Shown here: piece by piece, positions 27,052 to 39,930 of the stretch
Layout of the letters: the number at the start of each line of letters is the position of its first letter
How positions within the stretch are numbered: the stretch's first letter is position 1
Origin: Cercozoa sp. M6MM
Taxonomy: Eukaryota; Protista; Endomyxa: Ascetosporea
DNA: 64,000 nucleotides
Strand: one strand, 5' to 3'
Assembly: GCA_040357565.1 (NCBI GenBank)
Contig: JBDODJ010000038.1
Notes under the pieces: model-generated
Told to the model about the DNA's origin: nothing
Databases searched by the model: none
What the model saw: the letters and a program-made list of their open reading frames with translations, nothing else
Program-made: the position numbers and the translations under genes

Positions 27052-27896
27052 ATCTGAGTCGAGTCCCCTGATCGGCTTACGTTTTCAGCTTTCGTCCAAG
27101 TCACATCTGCCCGTCGTTCTTTGCAGCACTCGAGGCATCGCCGCTCCCGTTCATTGTTCTATCAGCGCATGACCGCCCACGACTGCACGGTCGTCATTGC
27201 ACACGCCTACTTCACACGTTCCTACTTCGCCTAACGCAGGTCTTGAGGATCGTGTTCGTTTTTTCCAAGTTTTGTTACCCGTTAGAGTCACTGGCAGCCA
27301 CTAAACAGCAGTACATACAGTAAATTTAATGTAAGTTTACTAGCCATAGAAGTAGAAGATCTTGCTTCAAAGGAATCCGAGCGATACCGGAACTGGCTGA
27401 GACACGTGCACGACACAGTACGTTTCTGAGCAAACTGAGTCAAACAGAGTCAGTTCATCGTGTGCTTTGCTCACCGGCGGGACTTGATAAATAAAGCGAA
27501 TTGATTGTACTGCCTTTTATGCATTAAATGAACGTGTCTCGAGAGCAGTCGATATACTTACCTCTCAAATTTCCATCTTGCCTCTCAAATGGCAGTTTGG
27601 CTCTACCATGTACCAGCGAACGCACTGACGTCAAAATTTTCCACACCTCTCTTGAGGTTTTTTGTAAGTTTGTAAGTTTTAGGGACTGGTGCCGTGCGGG
27701 GAACTGACGGACCGGACGGACGGAGCTGTTGGTTGAGTTGGTTCCCGTCCGTACCCTTAGCGTAGTTGAGTCTGTACTACTGTATCACTCGGTATGTATA
27801 GTATCGCACGACTCAGTACAGTTACAGTTAGGACAAGTCGACTTGACTCGACAGAGTTGAGTCGACGTCAGTCAGAATCGAATCGAAGCTCCTCCC

Positions 27897-29836
27897 TCAG
27901 CGCGCAAAAGCGTCCTTAAGCACAGTGGCATCGAGGGCGCCCTTGTGGTGTTTAAGCAGCAGCTGCAGGCCGCGCACCCACTGTTCGCACATCTGCGCAC
28001 TTTCGGCCTGCAAATCGAGCGTGCGTCGGCGCGACACGATGCTAAAGCACAGGTTGGCGTCGGCGTCCTTGGCTACGCTGTTGTCGCGAAAGGCGGCGGT
28101 TCGCTTGCCGGCGCACACCGAGTGCACGTCATGCAGCGACACGCTCTTCCAGTAGCTGCGCGAGTTACTGCGCCAGCACACGTCACGTGTCACCAAATCC
28201 ACCTTCACCAGTCGGCGCTGCGGCTTGCCACGCAACGAGTATCGGAATTTCAAAAAAGGCACGCCGACCCCTGCTTAGCACCAAAAACGCCCAAACACTC
28301 ATTTTAGTGTCTTTGCACACCACGGGATATACCAAAACAAGCAGTAGAGCATGCCATCAGCAGACGCAACGTCGGAAGAGGTTCCCGCGGCGCCCTGTGC
28401 TGCCTGCAGGAACTGTCGCACTTCCTCGGTCTCCTGAGCACGTTGTCTGGTTCGCTCATTCCGTTTGCGTGTGTCGATCTGCACATTTTGTAAAGTGAAC
28501 GGTCTCTCTGTTTTTAAAACAGTGTGGTTTCGTACATCAATGATGGACTGGACTCGCTGGCGCGGGTCCAGAGCGAGCACATTGTGCGAGCGGAGCTGCT
28601 CCAGTCGCTCTCGCACCGTGCAAAGTTCATCCTGCGTTTCTCCAGCAGAGCAAGTAGCCAAAATAAGATAGAGTAAAAGAGCAGGCAGGGTACATCCTCA
28701 AGGTCGTCAGCAGCAAGGTCAAGCACGCCGATCGCTTGCTCAATGACGCTTTCGAGCAGCACGTCGTACTGCTTGCGTCGCAGAAAGTGCGCGTGCACGC
28801 CGTACATGTGCGCCAGTAGTCTGAGTGCCTGTGGGGGGGGGGTATAAAATAAAATGAACAAAGAAACAAATAAAATATATAAATCAACAAACAAATAAAC
28901 AAAGAAACAAAGAAACAAAGAAACAAAGAAAGAAACAAACAAAGAAAGAAACAAACAAAGAAAGAAACAAACAAACAAACAGACAAACAAATAAACAAAT
29001 AAACAAATAAACAAACAAACAAATAAATAGACAAATAAACATATAAACAAATAAACAAAAAAATAGACAGATAAACATATAAACAAACAAACAAACAAAT
29101 ATACAAGGAAGGAAGCAAATACTCAAATTCAACAAGAAGCAAGTAAATCCAAGAAATACAGAAGAATAAATCAAATAAAATACACAAAACAAAAGAAAGA
29201 AAAATGAAAAGAAAACAGGCAGGCGACCTGAGCAACGACAAACACGAGTTTGCGGCGACGCGGCGCGTGCGTCGGCAGCGCCAGGAGTGCATCACGCGCC
29301 TCCAACAGTCGTCGTGCGAACTTGGGTGCCGACAGGGCTTCATCGAGCCATTGCATCGCCAGTTCCGGCTCCGTGCCCTCCTGTACCGTCCAGTTAAACT
29401 GGCCGCTTTAATAAAACAATTAAAAACACCGATCCTGACGATGCAGACGTCGCCCTGTCGAAATCCGCATCGTCCGGCAGCGTCAGTCGTGGACACAGCG
29501 ACGACGTGCACACGCCTTGCAGCACTCCTGGGGGACGGGATAAGGGAGGGGTCAACGGGTAGATAAAGGGGCAAGGGGTAGTAGTAAGGGGGGGGGTAGT
29601 AGTAAAGGGGGGGGTAGTAATAAGGGGGTAACACAATATACCATGGAGCGTCAAAGCGGCGTTGCAAATGTGCACGCACTGCACTGTGAGCCAGGTGTCT
29701 TCCTAAACGACAAGAATACACCTGCAACTGCACACGCATGTATGCAGCTCGACATTTGCAGAGGCACCTCGCTGCAGAAGTCTGGTGTCACCAGCACTTC
29801 TTGGACGGCGTACTGAATCGCCTCCACGCCACTCAT
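27897..29836 (-). CDS. MOB (Mob1/phocein) domain - PLC-type PH domain fusion protein
   Basis: Predicted exons 29836-29768, 29702-29642, 29527-29430, 29380-29228, 28828-28694, 28631-28536, 28478-28355 (or 28319) and 28270-27897 are all phase-compatible. MOB motifs: EDTWLTVQCVHICNAALTLHGVLQGVCTSSLCPRL, AMQWLDEAL, LRLLAHMYGVH. PH motifs: FLKF..GKPQRRLVKV, VCAGKRTAAF, CFSIVSRRRTLDLQAES..CEQWVRGL. Confidence 0.75.
28845..29215. repeat. Degenerate (AAAC/AAAT/AAAG)n low-complexity expansion in a MOB-PH intron
   Basis: Seen directly; the intron is about 400 nt versus the usual 50-80. Confidence 0.85.
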
Positions 29837-30055
29837 CTCTACACGATACAACAACATCAATCGACTTTCGGTAGCCAGTGGAGATAATATTATCAGAAAG
29901 GGAAGATGTAACACTAAATACGACTTGAATAGCACCTGAGACGTGAAAACACTCTAAATGAGCCGCCGATGCCGGTAGTGCAGCGCCAGCAGCACTGTGC
30001 AGGGCAGCTTTTAATTTTGTTTCTCGCACCGGCGGACCGATCCGAGGGCGGCCTG

Positions 30056-31075
30056 ATGGAACGTGTGCTGTACTCGCGTGCGTGGGCCTGCTTTAAAACG
30101 ACAGGCACACTAGTTCTGGGCAGTGTTGCAGCGCAGGAGTTTTTCGTAAACTATCGCGCGCGATGAGCACGGAACTCAAGCTGGTGCTGCGATGGAAGCA
30201 TCAAGCACGCATGCGCGAGGCCGTGAGCTCGCCGTAAGTTTTGATTGACTTATTGGTTTTCCTCAGCAGAGGCCCGATCGAAAATGTGTGAAATGTGATC
30301 GTCATTTGCTTATTTTTTATAATGTTTTGTACTGTGCTCTGTAGCATGATGATCGTGCTGATGAATAAGGGTCTAAACGGTACTGCGATGGTCGAGTGGC
30401 GAAAGAGACTACAGAAGCAAGGTATTGTACCCTGATTGTCTGATTGTTTAAGGTCGATACTGATTGTATGTGCTTGTGTGGTAGGCCTGCAGCTGCTGAA
30501 CGCGCGCAACAAGACGTGCCAGGCGCTGCTGCGCGATGATCCGCGGTGGACGGAAACGGGCAGACAAGCCTTGACGCCGCTTTTTGTTGCTGACACGGTA
30601 GGGAGAGTATCTCAGTATCGTAAAGTTAAAGTTAATGTATTGTGTGTGACGACTGTTGCAGACGCTGATTTACGCCGACCCGCGACCATACCAGGAGGTG
30701 TCGGCGCGACGAATCACAGTGACCAACGAGATCGACGAGGAGAAGCCCGAGGTCGTGCACTCGCATGGCTGCCGACTGCGCTTCGACCTGGGCGACATCG
30801 AGGGCTTTGAGGTGCTCCAGGAGCTCATCAAGGAGATCGACGGACGCAAGGACGTCGATCTCCTGGCCGTCAGTGTCGGTGACCACTACGCCGACTTTGA
30901 GCGCGCCAAGAGCCTCCTCAGCGAGGGCGACTCGCCGGTCGCGCGCGTCGCTGGCCTGCTCGGCGCGCTGCCCTACCGCACGCTGCCGCGGGCGCTACAC
31001 TCGCACTCCACGCGCCTGCTGCGCGCGCTCAAGCACCTCTCCGACCCAGAGGACTCCGACGCCACGCCCGAGTAG
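30056..31075 (+). CDS. MRPL10: Mitochondrial ribosomal protein uL10m
   Basis: Presequence-like MERVLYSR|VFRKLSRAMST. L10 motifs MIVLMNKGLNGTAMVEWRKRLQKQGLQLLNARNK, LTPLFVADTTLIY, LLAVSVGDH and VARVAGLLGALP. 4 introns. Confidence 0.75.
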
Positions 31076-31514
31076 ATTTCCGTTCAGCTCTACTACGCTG
31101 CCACGCACTCGAGGGGAATCCTCCCCTATCGTCGGGTAAAAATAGTGAGCCCATGAAAAAACCTGTCGCGAAGCAAGCTATTTTTACCTTTAGTGGAGCC
31201 TGGACATGTGTAGTGGTTGTCTAGGCATCACTGAACTACTGGACGCTAGTTTGTCAAATTCTCATGTTTTTTTCAACCAATTTACCCGATTTTCACTCGA
31301 CGCGCCCCGATCGCTAATGATGCTCCGCACACGGCTAGTGTATTTATAGAGCACATACTGGGGATCAGTGAAACGTGCTATCTTTCTATACTGATCAACA
31401 TCATATCTGCTTGTTGGCTCAGTTTTATGGGCTCACTATTTTACCCGACGATACGGTAGGATTCCCCGTACGTACTAAGCCTGCTTTTGTTCCGTGGCTT
31501 GACTGCGGCTGCGT

Positions 31515-32519
31515 TCATTGTTCGGTCGCGGTTGTTGGTGTACGACTCGGCGGCCGACTCGTCGCTGCAGCTGCCAGTACCCTTAAAAGCTCCTCATAGC
31601 TGTCGTCCCATGCCGACGTGAATACTGTGCGCAGTGAAGGGAACTCGTGAGGAGTGGCTTGCGACCAGATGCGTTGAATCTCCTTCATCACCTCACTCAC
31701 CAAGAATTCCCTCCGCTTTTGAGGTTGCTCTCCGACACTTGACTGAGCATTTTCCTGCTTTTCGTTCCATTTGGATACTAACAACACTAGCTTTGCAAGT
31801 GTGGTGGCCTCCAGGTCATGCACGACACCTTTGAACGTGTCCAGTGCTGCTTCACTGCCAGCTTCGTTCGAGCTGTCAAGAAAGAACTGCACACTCCATG
31901 CAACTGAAAGTTAAAAACGATGGAAACAAATGTACAGGTACAACTTACAAAAATTACGCTGGCGTTCTCAAAGTACTTGCTCCAAACAGGAGAGAGTCGT
32001 CCGCCTATTTCGCGAACTGAAACTTGCATGCGTGTTCCAGGACAGGGGAGGTCGAGATCGACGATTTCACATCCAACTGTTGGAGCAGCGTCTCGTCTGA
32101 AGCTGCCTCAATCAGTTGAAATGTAAGATCGAGGCAGGTAAACCGGTTGAACGGTTTTACAAAGGAGTTGGAGCAACTCGAGCGCTAGTTGGTCCGCCAA
32201 AGCACGAACTCCAACGACTACAATTTCGGCGCTTCCGAGTTGCTCGACGCCGCCTTGAAACGTCGAGCAAGCGACGAAGCAAGACAGTCTTTCCCGAACC
32301 CGAAGGACCAATGAACAGAATTTCTGGTTTGACTGTGGTTGACATGCTTGTGGTGCTTGAAATCGTGTCGGTTTGACTCCTCGGTGTCGATTCGCCGATA
32401 GTATTTCCTGCACGAGCCGTGGATGAGACTGTACTCGAGGCCGTGCTCCTTCTCGCAGTATCAAAAACTATGGATGGTGAAGGCGTCAACTCGTCGTCCG
32501 GAAGGTCGTAACTAGGCAT
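31515..32519 (-). CDS. ARL16: ADP-ribosylation factor-like GTPase 16 with N-terminal extension
   Basis: G1 GPSGSGKTVLLRRL, G2 APTVG, and the ARL16-diagnostic VREIGGRLSPVWSKYFEN in place of WDLGGQ; also FFLDSS. 2 introns; start codon uncertain. Confidence 0.8.
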
Positions 32520-32750
32520 AGACACCTGACATTGTACTCAACACGTGCAATGTGCGCCGTAGGTCCAACGGTTCGCGGGGGATTGTCGTAGTTTTCTGTT
32601 CTCTTCCACTCATTAAAAACACGAGAAACGCTTGAATGTAATGGCGGCATGCCATTTCTCCTTCTTTACCTGGAGCCATCGCTTAAATTTAGCCAATAGC
32701 CGATTGCGACAGGCGTATGGAGCGAACAGCATCAAACCTCTCGGACGAGC

Positions 32751-35700
32751 ATGACAAACTTTGGTGAATCAAATAAAACTTGGCAACTGAAAACTGAAAT
32801 TCGAATGAACCCGTGTTTTCTCAGTACTCAAGCCGTGTGGCAGTCAACTCTGCTAAACATCAAAAATAAAACGCCTGTGAGAGTGGGAGAAGTCGACGCG
32901 AAAGAATCCTCGTCAAAAGAGCTTCATGTTCCCGTGCGCGTGGCTGCAACAAAAGAAACCGTGAGTTCCTACGACCGTTTGTTCCTCAAGCGACTGGAAA
33001 AGTACCGCGCCACAGTTCATACGTCGGAGCGGTTGCGAAAACGAACTTATTCAGTGACCAAAGTTACTCTCAAGGACGTGCGACGCAAAGCGATCGAGCA
33101 AGCTTCGAGACGACAGGCACACAAAAGGTCCCGAGCTGCCGTGACTTCTCTACGAACCGAGCAGCCCTCCAGCAGCACTGGCGATCTTGTCGACGCCTCC
33201 AAGTTTGATGTCGTCGAGCGCGCCACTCAAAACAAAGCTGTCTCTCACGCCCTCGTTAAAAAACTCTGCGAAGGTTCAGGAGCCATTCCACCGGTACCTC
33301 GAACAGCCAGCGATTTCCTAGTGTGCACATTTAGCGACGCTTTCGCTCTAGTAGAATCCGGCAATGTCTGCAAGCAACTACCCAGCGAGAGAGAGCGCAG
33401 CTGAAGTTCTATCAACACCACGACTTGGATCCCAGGCTGGGACGAAAGAAACGGGTACCCTAGATGCACAAGAGACGGCTTGGTACACGTTTGAAGAAGC
33501 CGCGAGTTCTGCTATCAGCTACAAGCTGTCACGCCAGCTTCTCGAAAACTTCTTAAACATCATTGAAGCTACGCGATCCGCGAACACAGGTACGGTACTC
33601 CCCCAGGGTTCTTATCGTCCCTTGATACAAACATTGTTCTGTTTGATGGTTTTTCGATTTAGATACGCATGGGAACCGACTGAGGAAGGCTGCTTTCTCG
33701 CGATGGCTCTTCAGTAGACTACTGGAGTGGAATGGAACGGCAAAGCACCTGCCAGTCTGCGAAATAAAGGAGTGGATCGATCATGTATTCGATTTGGTCG
33801 CGCGAGGCAAGCCGTACATCGAAAGTGGCGACTACTCTTCGATGGTCCACATCCTTCTCCGTGGCACCGCAAAGCAACTGGTGCCTTGTATTCGATAATG
33901 CATGAGTACTATCTCGAGCTACCACTGTGTAGTGTTCCGTTGCGTATCGATTGTACAACTTCAGTCGCTCTCTAAAGTTCACAACGCACGATCTTTTCGG
34001 CATGTTGAAGACGCACGTGAATGAACTCTTCTCGGATGACTTTGCCGAGCTGTCGCACTGTCTGCATCGGATGGGTGCCTTTGGATTGGACGAGCAAAGT
34101 CAAGCACGACGATTGTTGTTCTCGGGAGCTCGAAGACCGTCGACTTTACATCAGTACTATGCCCTCCTTTGACAATGGAAACAATTCAACACGCGCATTG
34201 AACAGACGAATGTCGATCATGCAGAGACGACTGTCGCGCGTTCCTTCGACAATCACTTTAGAGTCTGACAAAACACCAGGACTCCGTAGTAGCAGACAAA
34301 ACTCGACACTGTCAGTGATTCAAAGCATCGCGTCCGATGAGACCGTGTACCTAACTTCTGCTGAGTTTGCGACAGTGTTTCTGACACGTCCGCATCGTCA
34401 CTCGCAAGTCGAAGACGGGAGTTTGTCCCAAGCTGAGCCCGAGTGCATCTCGTTCTTGCGATACGCAGTAACTTCTGCACATTGTTATTGCTCTCCAATA
34501 CCCCTCTCTGCTGCTGCAGCTAGATACGTGTTTCCGAGAGCCGAGGAAGTTCGCAGAAGTCGGAATCGCAGCAGCTGTCAATCAACATGTAGTTTCCTTC
34601 GTGAAAAAACTCAAAGCGCGACGCGCGCGGTAAGTTCCTATTTCATCCCATTCATAACAGTTTATTGGTCGCATTTGAGTTTGCATGCGTCGAAATTTAC
34701 TGCAGACGAAACGCGGAGCTGCTGGCGCCTGAGGACATTCTTCCTCCTTCGATGCGACGAGGGAACTCGGAAGAACCGGAAGACTTTAGAGACCTACTTT
34801 CACACATTCCAGAATCCGTGGCATCCACTAAATCGACGGAGCCTGCTGCTGCGCAGGACACCTCAGCTCCCACGAATTCGATCCTGGCTCGAGTGCAAGG
34901 CATGAAGCAGATGTGGACAGGTCGAACGCCGGAACCGACCTCGCGTCCGACTTCGCGTTCAATGATGCACTCGCAGCTTCGCCGTGGTTCAGTGCTTGTC
35001 ACATCCGAGCTGCCACAGTTGGACATACCTGATGTACCTTGTTCCTCAAAAGTGTACCCGCTCACGTGACTGTTTTACTAAATAGCAAACACAAGAAGCA
35101 CCAAGTACCGGCAACCTTAGCATCGAGTTGTGTCACGCACTAGACACTGTCTGGGAGCGGCACATTGGCGTATCGGACCACGCCACCATCCAAGCGTTCA
35201 GTCGTGTCATGCAAGAGTTTCTCACGTTCGACAAAAGCGAGGCTGATAAAATCGAACTCGTGTCGCAGGTGCTGTTCTACGGACTGGACCCGGTGCAAGG
35301 CAAGGTTCACTATGACAACACGTACTCCCTCTTGCACATGTGCCTGTTTGGAACTCCGGACGAACAGCTCAAGCTCATTTGGTACTGTACTCTGACCCCT
35401 TCCTTTTGCCCTCTGCCCACTGTTTCCCTCTTTTACTTAGGTGCATCCTCGACACTGACGGAGACTTCTGCTTAAATACAAGTAAGACACAATTGCTAAC
35501 TGACAGTTATGCGAAGTTTCAGAAAGCAGTTACTGTGATTAAATGTAGTTGAGCTGACTAATGCTCTGGACGCGGGCTTTGCTTCGCTTGCTTTCGCTGA
35601 AAGGTACTGTCAACTGCGAAAATCTATCTGCTGAGGTACAGTACGTGTACCGAGGAACTAAACTCTACCTCCGACCGTAGTGACTCTCTCGCGGTGTCGC

Positions 35701-36136
35701 TGGCAGAGGAAATTCTGTCAAGTGCTGCGAGTCGAGGTGATCACGCCGTCACATTCGAAATGTTCCGTCAGCACCTCCAGGTTCGTTCAATTTCGTTGAT
35801 GTTTGTGTCCACTGCGTGGTGTAAGTTTACTGTATTGCCATTCCACCGGGTAGGGGAGACGTCCGCGTCTGTTTTCTTTTTTCAAGCTACCAAGAATTGC
35901 CAGCGTATCGGTTGCTAGCCACACCGGGAATCACGATCACAGTAAGGACTCTGTCTCGAGCTTGCGAGAAACAACAGCGGCTCCCAGCGAAGAGTCATAC
36001 TAAAGTGTTTATTGAGCCGCTGGCACGGAAGAAACTCGACTGCGCAAAGGATGCAGCACGACGACGTGAATTCCTGCAAAAGGTTCGGCCGGCCGGAGAC
36101 AGAATGCATTTACTGATTTACCAGACGATACTTTAG
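32751..36136 (+). CDS. Large protein with two degenerate NCS/calcineurin-B-like EF-hand modules
   Basis: Module 1: IDHVFDLVARGKPYIESGDYSSMVHILLRGTAKQL|CSVAYRLYN. Module 2: VLFYGLDPVQGKVHYDNTYSLLHMCLFGTPDEQLKLIW|CILDTDGDFCL...AVTFEMF. The ORFs are linked by GT-AG introns such as 33294-33354. Confidence 0.6.
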
Positions 36137-36835
36137 TGACGTAACCTGCATAAAGTCTGAAGCGTAGTACGCACTCGGCCAGCCACCACGTACTGCGCTG
36201 TGACGACCGGACGGCTGCGCTGCATCTGGTGAGCTCCGTGCACTAGCGTATTGCTTCGCCAGTCGAGCCTAGAGGCGAGGTGGAATTAAACAGAAAAAAC
36301 AAGCGACGCGAGACGTCCAAGCTCAGACGAGCGAGGCCGATACGAGTCGCTAGGGATTCGATTGGCGAGCAGAAGTCACGGTGTTGTTGCAGCCAGCATA
36401 TAATAGATGAACAGGCGCGCGAGTGGCAAGGCGCCAACCGAGTTGAGAGAGGAGAGAGGTGTCGTCAGGGAAAGAGAGAGAGAGAGAGAGGTCAATCAGA
36501 AGATGCGCCAACAGAGGCGTCGGCAAGCACGCACGCACACCTTACAGGCAGATGCACACAAATCGCTGCCACAGCTACGTGTTATTGTTGCTGTTGCTGT
36601 TACTGTTGTTCCCTACGGTGCTATGGTACATGTCGGATGCCGCATATGCCTCCATGTAGCACTGTGTATGTCTGTGTGTCAGTGTCGCTGTGGACGTGAA
36701 AAACGTCTGTGTGTGTGAGTGTGTCAAAGGGAGAGAGAAGAATGTGATTCCGTTATCATGTCAGTGTGCTTGTGACCAGTGTCATTGATGTGTGTGTGTG
36801 TCAGCGTGTGTGCATGTGTCAGAGGTGTGAAAGAG

Positions 36836-37815
36836 TTATTGCTGCTGTTGCTGGCGTTGCTGATTCAGGCTTCGACTGGTGTCTAATTGTTGTGTCTGCA
36901 CACTTACGGTCGTATCTTTGTCCCCTCTACCCTCGTAGCACAAGCTACCTGTGGCTGCGCATGCGCGAGAGAATTGAGCAACGTCGCATCGAGACTAAGA
37001 CTGCCACTAAGACTGCCAAGCGAGGGCGACCCGAGCGACGTCAGCGAACCTAATGCTTTACACACTTTACAATATAGTTTTTGTTAAGTACTCAAGAATA
37101 CGATACGCAGTGAGCCGATATTCAAGTTGCCCAGAGAGCCCAAGTTGGCACCCAACGTGCCCATCGGGAAGCCGCCTAGCGCAGCAGTCACTGCACCTTG
37201 AAAAGTGAGTAGACCAAAGAGAAGGAGGATGGGGGTGTAGGGAAGCTACCTGGTGTCGTAGGACTCGGCGTGGACACAACACTGGCCAGGATGGGTCGCT
37301 GCACAGTCGCACTGCGTGCCACTGGCACTGATGATGGGTCCGCCGGGATCTATGTGGGCAAGCAGGTGAAAGTGCAAGCAAAGAAGATAGAAAGGGCAAA
37401 ACTATACCTCATGTGCCAGTCGTAATACCACCGGTGTTTGCACTGGCGTGTTTGGTTGCAACTACGGGGCGTCAAAAGGACAAAGCCAGGGGAGGAATAT
37501 AAAAAAGATACCGGCTGCAACACTGAAGGTAAACTGCCGTTTGGCACATTCACCGACTCCGAAGGCGCGCGTGACAGACCATTGTCGCCGAACGACTGGG
37601 GCAGCGCACTGAAATTCAGTCCGAGTGCGATCTCGTTCGACATGCCTTGCAGAAGATTGGCTCTCTACCAATACCAAGTCGTTCATATGTCAACCTCACT
37701 CTCAGATAAACACCCGACAAGTACCTGCAGAAAGGCATTCACTTGTGCACGAACACGCGAGTCGACGAACTGTTTGGCCGTCTCGGGTGGCATCACCACT
37801 GCACGGGGGAGGGGT

Positions 37816-37847
<32 letters not shown>

Positions 37848-39334
37848 GGGGGGGGGGGGAGAGGAGGAGGCATACAAGCCATGTTTTGCGTGAGTTTCTC
37901 AATCTCCACGAAGGCCGTGCTCAACTGCGAGTTGCTCTCGAGCTGAGTGGAATGAGTTCCGGCAAAGAGCAACTGCTGCGCCGCTGCATCCACGTGCCGA
38001 TCCAAGTGCTGGCAGAAGTCGACGTGCGACCTGCACACATTGCACAACCTCAAGGTGCTACCCAAGAACTAATTCGGACTAAAGAAACAGCGTACTCGGT
38101 GGCGAAAGGACAGTGCGGCACGGGACAGTTGCGTCGCGTGCTGTCGACACTCGAGACGAGCGACATCTGCGGCATGGTGGCACTCGCGTTGGCCATTGGC
38201 AGCGACATCGACAGCGCCGCCGCTACTGGGGCTTTGCTCGGTGTGCTCTTCTTGCGACGTTTCACGGTCTCGTTACCCTGAAAGCAAGCACCAAATACAA
38301 GCAGTATGGTAGGAAAGAGAAGTGAAAGGATGGAATGCAACAAACCTTGAGGTGCAGTTTCTCGTGCTTCTTGAGGTTTGATGAGTGCGCGAAGCGATGT
38401 GCACACACGGCACACTGCGTGGACAACACACAAAGAATCCAGTACGCTAAAGAGAAGGAATACTTTTTATGAAAAAACCTTGAACGGACGTTCGCCCGTG
38501 TGGATTCGCAAATGCACAGTCATGTTGCTGCGCTGCTTGATGCACTTGCCTGCATGAAGCAACATTTCAGTGTATTAAAGCAACATTCCAGTTCATCAAA
38601 GAAGCAACTCAGTTTCATGCAAGCAAAAGTAAAGATTAAAGCAAAATTGAAGGACAAGCAAGGAAAAACTAAAAACTAACCACAGTATGGACACTTCCAC
38701 TTGCCGTCAGGCAGACGAATCGGTTCCTTCTTCTGCATTCCACTTGCTCCTGGTGATGCACGTGCTTCTGCGTCAGCGCGTACGTTCAGCATCTGCGAAA
38801 TCGGCATGCCTGCTTCTGGAGGAACTGCACTCACGGAGCCTCTCATCTGGGCATCTGCAGTCATCGCAATGACTGGCGCTGTGTTTTTGCCGGCCTAACA
38901 CCAACACAAACCGTTTAATTGATCTAAAAATACAAAATCTGATCACAACTTTCGATCGCCATCCGCGCGGAAATCAAAAGTTTCAATCATAAAGCAACCG
39001 TTAGAACCCACAAGGGTGCCAACACCACGTAAGCGTCCAACAAAAGTGCTCTTGTGCCAAATTAGACACAGTCAGAGGACCAAGAAACGCAGTGACACGC
39101 AAAGTGAAATGAGTTCAAAAAAAAAAGTGCCCAAGAGAGTAATACCTCGTTGTTGTCACCGGCGAGTGTCGTCGCCGTGGTCACGTTGGACGTTGTCACG
39201 TTGGACGCAGTGTTGACCGGTTGGACTACGTTAGGAGGCGGCAGCGGCACGACTGCCTCGCTGGGCGGTGAAGGAATCGTGGCAGCGACGGACTCGAGAC
39301 GGCGCAAAAGCTGCTGCACATCTTCGGCCGACAT
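36836..39334 (-). CDS. C2H2 zinc-finger transcription factor (Kruppel-type linker)
   Basis: WKCPYC|GKCIKQRSNMTVHLRIHTGERPFK|CAVCAHRFAHSSNLKKHEKLH, a possible third atypical finger CPVPHC...HLDRH, and a low-complexity Q/S-rich tail. Confidence 0.85.
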
Positions 39335-39930
39335 TGTCTGTCCAGAGTCACAAACCCACATGTGCACGGCACAGTATCGTATCGAACAGTGCACACAAGG
39401 AAACAACGTGCAAAAAGGAACCGGTCGGGCGGTGTGGGTGACCAAACTCGAGCCGGTTCTCCAAGCACGAGTCGCTAAGCTAGGACACACGCAACACACG
39501 TCAGACACACACACAGGCACACGCAGCCGAGACTTTGTGTGACTGGACCAAAACGGTGAGGCACGTACTGTAAAATAATGCTGTACGGTCCTAATGGATG
39601 CCGTTGCTACGGAGCGAGACAATTTCCCACAAAAACACCACACGGCACCAACACACGATCCAAGAACCGCTGCTTGTGATGTAAGCGGGCCCAGCACCCT
39701 TGGAAAGAACTGTGACACGTACCCAGGTCGGTCAGAAGTGATCCAAGCCTTGATACCAAGCCAACCTGGCCAGCGGCAAAAAGTAGTCAATTGGAAATCA
39801 GGTTCGATCAACAAGAATCGTTGATCGGGGTGGTGTGCGTATTCGTGGACCCAGCTGCTTATACTGCGCACAACACCAACAGAAATACGCGGCTCGTCCA
39901 AAAATAGGAAAAAGGCACCCAAAGCCAACG

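Noticed and set aside
28514-29739. 370-aa and 194-aa hydrophobic 'membrane protein' ORFs
   Set aside because: They read through a T-rich intronic repeat; the real exons encode the MOB domain.
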